From Candidatus Latescibacterota bacterium (lineage in GTDB: Bacteria; Latescibacterota; UBA2968; GCA-2709665): 64,000 bases of DNA. This document shows positions 9,794 to 18,057 of this stretch, one piece after another. The translations under genes were made by a program, and so were the position numbers. The stretch's first letter is position 1. Every line of letters starts with the position of its first letter. The DNA lies in NCBI GenBank assembly GCA_965237675.1, contig OZ250150.1, positions 288,001 to 352,000 on the forward strand, in the 5' to 3' direction. The notes beneath the pieces are model-generated. The model searched no databases. It saw only the letters and a program-made list of their open reading frames with translations, and was not told the DNA's origin.

Positions 9794-11007
9794 CTAACCG
9801 CCGAAGGCTTTGGCAAAGATAAGAAAATCACCGAGTCCAATGGCGCCGTCGCCGTCTATATCATAACCCGTATAATACCCGACATCGCCAAAACTCAACC
9901 CGAAATGCGCCGCAAACCGCAAAAAGTCGGCGAAGTCAACGGCGCCATTGCCATCGAAGTCCGGATTGGCGGGCTGTGGGGTGATATGCGGAGACATATT
10001 CCACAGGACAATCGTGCCGTCCTTACTCGCACTGGCGAGAATCCTCCCGTCCGGCGAGAACAACACGGAAAAAACCCGACCCGTATGCCCTCGGAGTATG
10101 GCCTGCTCTTTTCCGCTGGCCAGATCCCACAATCGAACCGTATGGTCTTCGCCTCCGCTGGCGAGAGTCCTCCCATCCGGTGAGAACGAGAAGGACGAAA
10201 CCGAGCCCTTAGGCCCTTGAATTGTTGCCTTCTTCCGTCCGGTGGCCACATCCCGCAATCGTATCGTATCGTCTCCACTGCTGCTGGCGAGAATACTCCC
10301 GTCCGGAGAGAACAACACGGTACCAACCGCACCGGCATAATCCCAAAACGTGGCTATCTGCTGACCCGTGTCCGCGTCCCACAATCGAACCGAAGCGTCA
10401 TTGCCTCCGCTGGCAAGCGTTCGCCCATCCGGCGAGAACGCCACGGCAAAAGCACTGGGCGAATGCCCCCCCCCAGCCTGGACTTCTCCCGACGGCTGGA
10501 CACGTCCCACAAATGAACGTCTCCCAGACAGGCGGCGAGCGTGCTTCCATCCGGCGAAAACGTCAATTCAGAAAAAGCCCTCATATGCCCCTCTAGCGGC
10601 GCCTTCTGCTGACCGCTGGCCACATCCCACAATCGAACGTCTTCGTTGCTACTGGCCAGGGTTTTCCCGTCCGGCGAAAACGCCACGGAATTGACAAGCC
10701 CCGCGTGCCCCGTCAGTCTGGACTTCTCCCGAAGTGCGACCACGTCCCACAATCGGATCGTCGCGTCATTACTACCACTGGCAAGCGTTCGCCCATCCGG
10801 CGCAAACGACACGGACCAAACCCCGGCGGTATGCCCTCGTAATGTGACCTTCTCCTGACCGCCGACAGCATCCCACAGTCGAACTGTAGCGACAGAACTT
10901 GCATTGCCGAGGGTACTCCCGTCCGGTGAGAACGACACGGATGGGACAGTCATCGACAGGACACTGACAGACAGGAGGGCAAAATGAAACGTATAGCGTT
11001 TTTTCAT
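9794..11007 (-). pseudogene. Paralogous WD40/dockerin-like gene frameshifted at a G9 tract (10466-10474)
   Basis: ORFs 10354-11007 and 9794-10510 join into one ~404-aa WD40 protein if one G is added; N-terminus shortened relative to the neighbour. Confidence 0.8.
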
Positions 11008-11225
11008 CGGACACCTCTTTCTTTCACTGAATGCGGAACCATCGGCTTACCAGCCTGATTGATTCATGAATTGTTAGCTGCTTTATTCACGGTTTTATAT
11101 TCTCCGCCCCCGCACACTGGCTTGTCGAGCCGGAAAATCGCGGTGGCGCCCTTGAGTTTGGTGAGATGGCGGCGATTCACGGCGTGCCCGGACACAGGAT
11201 TCTGAGGTTTCGGTTTGATGTCTAT

Positions 11226-11251
11226 GAGCAGACAAGAATGTCTGCTCCACC
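11226..11251. repeat. REP-like element (GCAGACA.GAATGTCTGC.CCACC class)
   Basis: Same class as the many copies at 42.9-55.7 kb; its flank also resembles 49484-49590 in reverse orientation. Confidence 0.7.
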
Positions 11252-11277
11252 TTTTCAAGATTGTGGACGAGGTATTC

Positions 11278-11394
11278 CTTGAGCATGGTCTCGCGTGGAT
11301 GCGTAAGACGGCCATCGGATGTCAGGACGTGAACCTTGGCGCTGATCTGCTCACCGGTCGCGACGTCAACAATATGCCCTCGCAGGATGCCCAC
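11278..11394 (-). pseudogene. 5' remnant duplicate of the CehA/McbA gene
   Basis: MGILRGHIVDVATGEQISAKVHVLTSDGRLTHPRETMLK vs MGILRGHIIDGATGEQISAKVHVLTSDGRFTHPREAMLK. Confidence 0.85.
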
Positions 11395-11580
11395 GGTAAA
11401 CTCCCGGAGTGGATGCGCACACGTTGGGGTGATTGCTTGGTGAAATGATGCGATTCACGTAGAGGAAGAAGCCACAACTAAAAATGTACATTCACATCCC
11501 AGTTCAAGAAACTCGAACAAATCCGATTATTCAAGCTATGTGTCACGGCGACCCAAAATCCGATCGAACCGCATGTCTGG

Positions 11581-11611
11581 CGTTGACAAATCGATCAACG
11601 GCGAATATATT
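11581..11611 (+). promoter_or_regulatory. Sigma70-type promoter with overlapping inverted-repeat operator
   Basis: TTGACA (11583-88), 17 nt, TATATT (11606-11); CGTTGA-N8-TCAACG (11581-11600). Confidence 0.6.
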
Positions 11612-11671
11612 AGCAGAGGCCGTGACGAATAAATCATATTTCGGTGCGAATTTTATTAACGAAGGGGAAAA

Positions 11672-14521
11672 ATGGAATTTGGCGAATACATGCGTTCACT
11701 GAGAAGGAAGAAAAATATAAGCTTACGGTCACTGTCATCGGCCGTCGGCGTTGATCCGGCTCACTTCTCACGAATCGAGGCAGGAAAAATCCTGCCAACT
11801 GAGTCGTTAATCGTACGGCTGACCCAGGTTTTGGATTGCGATCCTGACGAACTGTTGCTTCGTTCGGGTAGACTCACAAAAACGATGAAGGAGTTTATAA
11901 GAAAGGATCCTGAATATGCCACATCCGTCCTGATTCGCTTATCTACCATTTCCGTTGCAGAGACGGTCGCACCCTATGGTTTACCGGACTTAGTAGATTT
12001 CAGTCTTAAGATGGGCGAAAACACACTATCAGAAAGGACTGAAGCATACCGTAAGCGAAACGGACAATTCCTTACACCCGATCTGGTTGGCCGTTTTATG
12101 GCCAAGCAACTCGGACCGGTGCGAAACGGGGAACGGTTGCTCGATCCATCCATTGGTTCCGGCGTTCTGGCATGTGCCCTTATTGAGCGCACCATAATTG
12201 AAGGACGCCCAATAGAGCTATGGATCGACGGATATGAAATCGACAAAGACTTAGTTGAAGTAGCGCGCGAGGCACTTGAAAAGGCAACAAAGCGTGCTCA
12301 AGAAAAGGGCATTACGGTTCACGCACAGGTACATAATCGCGATTTCATCTTCGATTGCATCCCTTCTTCTCAGCCTACACTCTTCGAAGCTGACAAAACC
12401 GGTGAACCGAGAAAACGATTACTATACGACAAGATTATCGCGAATCCACCCTATTTCAAACTCAACAGCGACGACCCTCGTGTGAAAGCAGTAGCCGGCC
12501 AAATTAAAGGACATTCGAATATCTACACCCTGTTCATGGCACTCTCCACAAGAATGCTTGCGCCCTTGGGGTGCGCATGTTTTATCGTCCCACGAAGCTT
12601 CTGTTCCGGCGCTTACTTTTCCTCATTCAGGCGGGAGTTTATCAGCCAAACGCTCCCATTGTCACTTCACCTATTTGAATCACGCCACGAGACGTTTAGT
12701 AAAGATTCTGTATTACAAGAGAATGTAATTATTACATACCGAAGATCACAGGACGAAAAAGCACCCGAACCTACATTCATAAGAATTGGATCATCCAAGA
12801 ATTCGCTGGATTTAGGCGAAACAAAATCCCGTATGGTATCGATGAAGCATTTCATTCGGGAATATAAGAACAAGGTGAACTTCAGATTGCCGACGAGCGA
12901 GTTCGACGAACAGGTCATTGAAATCGTGGATGGCTGGCCAGGCACGTTGCAGGATTACGGTCTGGAAGTGTCAACAGGTCCGGTCGTTGCCTTCCGCGCC
13001 CGACCATTTCTTACAGATGAAAACGCGGTTAAATGTGAACAAACAATCCCCCTTCTATGGATGCACAACATTCGGCACCGAAAGGTTGAATGGCCGGCGA
13101 CGAAAAGTAACAAGCCGCAGAGCATCCGTCTCGGCGAAGCCACTCACGATCTGTCCGTTCCGGTTTCCAACTATGTCCTGCTTCGCAGGTTTAGTGCAAA
13201 GGAAGAACCGCGTCGTCTAATTGCCGCGCCCTTTCTGAGAGACCAATTCACACATAAAAGGATAGGGCTGGAGAATCATCTCAATTACATATACAAAAAG
13301 AACGGCGAACTCGAAGCAGACGAGACGCTTGGACTATCAGCTATCTTCAACAGTGCACTATTGGATCGGTACTTCCGCATTTCAAGTGGAAACACCCAGG
13401 TAAACGCAATGGAATTGCGCGCACTGCCACTGCCACCTCGAAAAGTCATCAGGCGAATTGGAGAACAGTATCGGTCAACTGATATATCAGAAACAGGAGT
13501 GGATATAGACGTCCTGGTTTTTTCCACCTTGAGAGAAAATGGTTGTATTCCGAGAGACTTCCCGACAATAAAGGAAACCCGCATGGCGAACGGAAGGATA
13601 CAGGAGGCTCAGGAGGTATTGAAATCTTTAGGGCTACCTCCCGCACAACAAAACGAAATGTCGGCCCTGACATTGCTTGTTTTAGCGCAGCTTTCCGAAG
13701 ATACACCGTGGGCTGATGCCAATTGCCGTAGTTTGCGAATACACGATATTTTAGAAGACATCAAGGACAGATACAATCGCGAATATGCGGAGAACACCCG
13801 AGAAACGATCCGTCGTCAGGTCATTCATCAATTTGAGCAGGCAGGCCTGGTCGTACGAAACCCTGATGACCCTACCTTACCGACAAACAGCCCGCGCACC
13901 CATTATGCGTTGTCTGACTCCGCGGTCCGGACTATTTGCGCGTACCGTACTGAGATGTGGCAACAAGCGATTGCATCATTCAATGAAGCAAAAGGCGCAC
14001 TATTCGAAATTTACCAGAAACACCGAGATCAGCACAGAGTGCCATTACGGTTGTCAACCGGAGAAGAATTTCATCTCTCGCCTGGTCGACACAACGAATT
14101 GCAGGCCGCCGTTATTGAGGAATTCGGGCCACGATTCGCACCCGGAGCCCAGCTTGTCTACCTTGGCGATACCGAGGAAAAGGCGTTAATCGTGAATGAG
14201 GAGACCTTTGAGGAGCTTGGTCTGCCTGTTCCAAGCCACGACAAGCTACCAGATATAGTTTTATTTGAAGAAAAACAGAACCGGCTGTTTTTAATCGAAG
14301 CCGTCACTTCTCACGGTCCGGTGTCTCCAAAACGGCACCTCGAATTGGAAGAGACCTTTAAAGTCTGTTCTTCCAAACGAGTGTACGTAAGTGCATTTCC
14401 CGACTTCACGGTCTTCAAGAGTTTTATCGTAGAAATCGCATGGGAGACGGAAGTTTGGTTGTCCGAAATACAGGACCATCTGATTCACTTCAACGGAGAT
14501 CGATATCTGGCGCCTCGGTAA
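11672..14521 (+). CDS. Fused XRE HTH + N6-adenine methyltransferase (Eco57I/BsuBI type) + BsuBI/PstI-family restriction endonuclease
   Basis: N-terminal HTH; GQFLTP, LLDPSIGSG, IIANPPY, SGNTQVNA; REase YAENTRETIRR, PTNSPRT, HDKLPD, IEAVTSHGP, IAWETEVW. Confidence 0.88.
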   Translation: MEFGEYMRSLRRKKNISLRSLSSAVGVDPAHFSRIEAGKILPTESLIVRLTQVLDCDPDELLLRSGRLTKTMKEFIRKDPEYATSVLIRLSTISVAETVAPYGLPDLVDFSLKMGENTLSERTEAYRKRNGQFLTPDLVGRFMAKQLGPVRNGERLLDPSIGSGVLACALIERTIIEGRPIELWIDGYEIDKDLVEVAREALEKATKRAQEKGITVHAQVHNRDFIFDCIPSSQPTLFEADKTGEPRKRLLYDKIIANPPYFKLNSDDPRVKAVAGQIKGHSNIYTLFMALSTRMLAPLGCACFIVPRSFCSGAYFSSFRREFISQTLPLSLHLFESRHETFSKDSVLQENVIITYRRSQDEKAPEPTFIRIGSSKNSLDLGETKSRMVSMKHFIREYKNKVNFRLPTSEFDEQVIEIVDGWPGTLQDYGLEVSTGPVVAFRARPFLTDENAVKCEQTIPLLWMHNIRHRKVEWPATKSNKPQSIRLGEATHDLSVPVSNYVLLRRFSAKEEPRRLIAAPFLRDQFTHKRIGLENHLNYIYKKNGELEADETLGLSAIFNSALLDRYFRISSGNTQVNAMELRALPLPPRKVIRRIGEQYRSTDISETGVDIDVLVFSTLRENGCIPRDFPTIKETRMANGRIQEAQEVLKSLGLPPAQQNEMSALTLLVLAQLSEDTPWADANCRSLRIHDILEDIKDRYNREYAENTRETIRRQVIHQFEQAGLVVRNPDDPTLPTNSPRTHYALSDSAVRTICAYRTEMWQQAIASFNEAKGALFEIYQKHRDQHRVPLRLSTGEEFHLSPGRHNELQAAVIEEFGPRFAPGAQLVYLGDTEEKALIVNEETFEELGLPVPSHDKLPDIVLFEEKQNRLFLIEAVTSHGPVSPKRHLELEETFKVCSSKRVYVSAFPDFTVFKSFIVEIAWETEVWLSEIQDHLIHFNGDRYLAPR

Positions 14522-14690
14522 GTCCCGCTGTCTCGGACGACAAGGGGAACCAACATATCTGTCTTCATCGAATAGGCCGAAAAAATCTATCACGCCTACG
14601 CCTGTTCACGCCGCCATCTCTTGCATCCCTCGCGAGACCTTTACTTACCGGCGAGTCACCCCGACCGTAAACACTGAACCACTCAACAAA

Positions 14691-14859
14691 CTACGCTCTG
14701 TTCAGCTTCTTCTTGTCGTCGCTTAACTCATGAATCGGCTCCGCGGTCGGGACGGCCGCGATCCGAGAGGGTAGGTCAATTTCGCCACGCACGTGGGCGA
14801 GTACTTCCCCAAGTGCGGTCTCGATCTCCTGGCCTAGTTGAGTGTCGTTCCGATCTCAT
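14691..14859 (-). pseudogene. Degenerate antitoxin-like (NadS/HigA-type N-terminus) remnant
   Basis: QLGQEIETALGEVLAHVRGEIDLPSRI out of frame with its ATG; no HTH part follows. Confidence 0.4.
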
Positions 14860-15051
14860 TTGCCTTTCTCTTCTTCCTGGATTGTCGCAACCTCACCCTT
14901 TGGCGCCCCTTGGTTTACGCTCGGGTTGACCATCGTGCCGGCGTCCGGTTCGCCGGTTGAAGGATCCGAGGCTTCTTGCAGTACCCGCAATGGGGTCCGG
15001 CCGGCGGCATGGATGTCACCCTCCCGCATCAATCAGAACACAGGGTTGGCA

Positions 15052-16515
15052 TCAGCTATCGTCCTCCGGTACCTCGGATATAGCTGCTTCGTATTCGGCG
15101 ATCCAATTTTCGGCCTCTTCTTCGCTGTAGGTACCTGTAATGGCGCCGCTATCTTCCGGCAAATTGTGACTTATCGGCTGGCCGATGTGCGGTTCCAAGC
15201 GTGCACGTAAGTTTCCGATTCCAGAATCAGACAGGCCCTCGACAACGGAGTCCACGTCTTGCTGACGCAATCCACCTGCGAAAATTACTCCAGATAGATC
15301 GGTAACTATATTTTTTCGATTCCGTATTTGATCCGCGATCAAGGTCGAATCGTTTATGTCAAAACTATCCACTCCTTGCAATTGCGCGCGCTCGGGATTG
15401 ATCTCCTCGCTAAACGTCTCGCCAAAGTCTTTAAGACCCTGTAACGAACTGAATTTCGCCTCGTGTAATTGTGCAGCTCTGAGATATGTACCTTGCATCT
15501 GAGCATCACGTAATGTTGCCCCGTATAACTTTGTATTATGAAGGTACGCTCCTTGCATTTGGGCTGCGCCAAGGCTCGCCAATTGCATCCTCGCCAAAGC
15601 AAGGTTAGCCGCTTTCATATGCGTTCCATTCAGACCGGCTTCTTGCAGATGAGCAGCCGTGAGAATAGCTCCCTGCAGCAGAGCGTGATTAAGGATCGCG
15701 CCTCTGAGATCAGCATTTGAAAGAATCGCCTTTTGCATACGGGATTCAACAAGATTCACTTTACGTAGGTCGGCCTTTTCAATATATGCCCCCTGCAGAT
15801 TTGTTTTATACAGATTGGCATATTGCAGGCGTGAATTCCCAAGATCCGCCTTGTTCAGGTGTGTCTCGCTCAAAATTGCCCCCTCAAAACGCGCCTGTCG
15901 CAGATTGGCTCCGTTCAACCAGCTTCCTTGCAAGTTGATATGGAGAGCTTTAAAGACGGAATGGTCCTGGACAAAAAGCAGCGTCAAAAGACTTTGGACC
16001 TCCTCCGACGGCTTAGAATTGTGCTCTCTCCGATACGCCTCATCACCTGTCGTCTGCCGAATATGAGCACATAGAATGTCCAGTACCGTCTGTCTCAACG
16101 TAGCCGTATCTTCAGCCAGATGGAAGAGTTCATATGCCCCACCCAAGCGCACGGAGTGCGATTCGTGCCCCAAGTGTTCGATGGCGTTTTTCATGCGCTC
16201 CTGACGCTGCCCCTGCTCGGTCTTTAATACAGCATTTGCCTGTGCATCCGCTGTCTCCTCCATTGCCTTTGCGCGCTTGTACGACATCAGCGCTTGCAAA
16301 GCTACCAACACTCCGCCCATGCCGATTCCAAGGAACTTAAGTACCTCGTATTTAGGTTCCGATTTACGATCAATTCCCAAAAGGTTGAAACTCCATTCCG
16401 GGTTCTCGGAACGCATAACCGCAACAAAAACCCCGACCAGGACGACCAGAAAAAGGATTAGTGAGGTCTGAAATATCGTAAAAAGCTTAACCTTGATTTT
16501 GTCAGAACTTTTCAT
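15052..16515 (-). CDS. Membrane-anchored pentapeptide-repeat protein
   Basis: Two N-terminal TM segments, VRLGGAYELFHLA, A(N/D)LxxA repeats; start placed at MKSSDK. Confidence 0.85.
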   Translation of the reverse strand: MKSSDKIKVKLFTIFQTSLILFLVVLVGVFVAVMRSENPEWSFNLLGIDRKSEPKYEVLKFLGIGMGGVLVALQALMSYKRAKAMEETADAQANAVLKTEQGQRQERMKNAIEHLGHESHSVRLGGAYELFHLAEDTATLRQTVLDILCAHIRQTTGDEAYRREHNSKPSEEVQSLLTLLFVQDHSVFKALHINLQGSWLNGANLRQARFEGAILSETHLNKADLGNSRLQYANLYKTNLQGAYIEKADLRKVNLVESRMQKAILSNADLRGAILNHALLQGAILTAAHLQEAGLNGTHMKAANLALARMQLASLGAAQMQGAYLHNTKLYGATLRDAQMQGTYLRAAQLHEAKFSSLQGLKDFGETFSEEINPERAQLQGVDSFDINDSTLIADQIRNRKNIVTDLSGVIFAGGLRQQDVDSVVEGLSDSGIGNLRARLEPHIGQPISHNLPEDSGAITGTYSEEEAENWIAEYEAAISEVPEDDS

Positions 16516-16607
16516 TGCGGATTTTTGAAAGGAAAGTTTGAGATCCGTGCATATGCTGCCAATTACGGCAGAAATCGAAATCGCACGCCTTCCAGGTAAT
16601 TTGACTA

Positions 16608-17870
16608 TCAGCCTTCGTCTGTTGGAGCTCCTGTCGTGGCTTCCTCGTATTCGGCGATCCATTTCTCCGCTTCTTCGTCGGTGTAGGTTCCGATGACCGC
16701 GCCGCTGTGTTCCGGAAGTTCGTAGGACGTCCTTTTACCGACGTGGGGCGTCAACTTGACTCGCAATTCGGTTGCCGTTTCGTGGTACATCCCATCCAGA
16801 ACGGATTCCACTTCCTCCAACGTCAATCCACCTGCGAAAACCGCCCCGCTCAAATCGCTCTCTTCACCGGTTGACTGCGTGATGCGCTGCGCAAAGGAAT
16901 CGGGGTAATCCACGTAACTCCTGACGCCATGAAGATTCGTCTCGGTGAGGTCCGCCCCCTGGAGATGCGCGCCGACAATAAAGGCTCCTTGCAGATGCGT
17001 CCGGCAAAGTGCTGCCCCCCGCAACATCGCCCGGGCAAGATCGGCCCCCTGCAGATTTGCCTTGGAAAGGCTCACGCCGTCGAGCCGTGCGCCGACAAGG
17101 TCGGCGCCTTGCAGCCGCGCCCATGAAAGTCCCGCCCCGTGCAGGTGCGCCCACGACAGATCGGCCCCCTGGAGTTGCGCGCCGACAAGATCGGCGCCCT
17201 GAAGCCTCGCGTCCGAAAGATTGGCGCCGCACAGGTACGCAGCACAGAGATTGGCCCCGTTCAACCAGCTTCCCTGAAGGTCAATGCGAAGACCCTTGCA
17301 GATCCCGTCGGGCGCGGCAAACAACAGGCTCAGCAGGCTCTGGACCTCAACGGAAGGTCCCGACTTGTGCCTTCGCCGATACGGGTCCGGGCCCGTGGAA
17401 CGCCGGATATGCGCGCAGAGAATGTCCAACACCGTCTGGCGCATCGATTCGGTATCCCGCGCCAGGTGGAAGAGTTCGTGGGCTCCTCCCAGGCGCACCG
17501 CCACCGAATCGTGTCCAAGGTGTTCAACGCCGTTATGCAGGCGTACATGCCGCCGCCCCAGTTCGGCGTCGCGGCTGGCTCGCGCCTGCTCCTTTGCGGC
17601 CGTGGCCTGCTCGCCCGCCGCGTCGGCCTGCGCTTTCGCAACCCGCTCCATTTCTCTGGCGCGCTTGTAGGACATCAGGGCGTTCAGGGCAACCAGGATA
17701 CCGGCAGCGCCGATTCCGAGTAATTCAAGCGCTTCGGATTTCTGGTATAGACCCAGAAGCGCGGATATATTCAGCCCGACGATCGGGACAAACAGGAGGG
17801 CGAGGAACGCACCGAACGCCAGGACGAGCAGGGCGATAAGTACAGTCTGCAAGATCAGAAAGAAATTCAT
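16608..17870 (-). CDS. Membrane-anchored pentapeptide-repeat protein (tandem paralog)
   Basis: Same architecture (VRLGGAHELFHLA, LQGADL repeats); GGAGG before MNFFL. Confidence 0.85.
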   Translation of the reverse strand: MNFFLILQTVLIALLVLAFGAFLALLFVPIVGLNISALLGLYQKSEALELLGIGAAGILVALNALMSYKRAREMERVAKAQADAAGEQATAAKEQARASRDAELGRRHVRLHNGVEHLGHDSVAVRLGGAHELFHLARDTESMRQTVLDILCAHIRRSTGPDPYRRRHKSGPSVEVQSLLSLLFAAPDGICKGLRIDLQGSWLNGANLCAAYLCGANLSDARLQGADLVGAQLQGADLSWAHLHGAGLSWARLQGADLVGARLDGVSLSKANLQGADLARAMLRGAALCRTHLQGAFIVGAHLQGADLTETNLHGVRSYVDYPDSFAQRITQSTGEESDLSGAVFAGGLTLEEVESVLDGMYHETATELRVKLTPHVGKRTSYELPEHSGAVIGTYTDEEAEKWIAEYEEATTGAPTDEG

Positions 17871-18057
17871 CGGGTCCTCCGGTCGTGGTGTCAATGATTG
17901 CAACCAGGATTCAATGGTCTTCCAGCGCAGTCATTATTCGGGCTGGCGGGGCAGCGCGTCGGCTGGAACGTACAGTCTGAAATATCCCGCCCCATCTTGG
18001 CTTTGGCAAACAAAATTCGCGCCACCGGGCTTCCCCGACCCGCGACGATGCGTGTTT

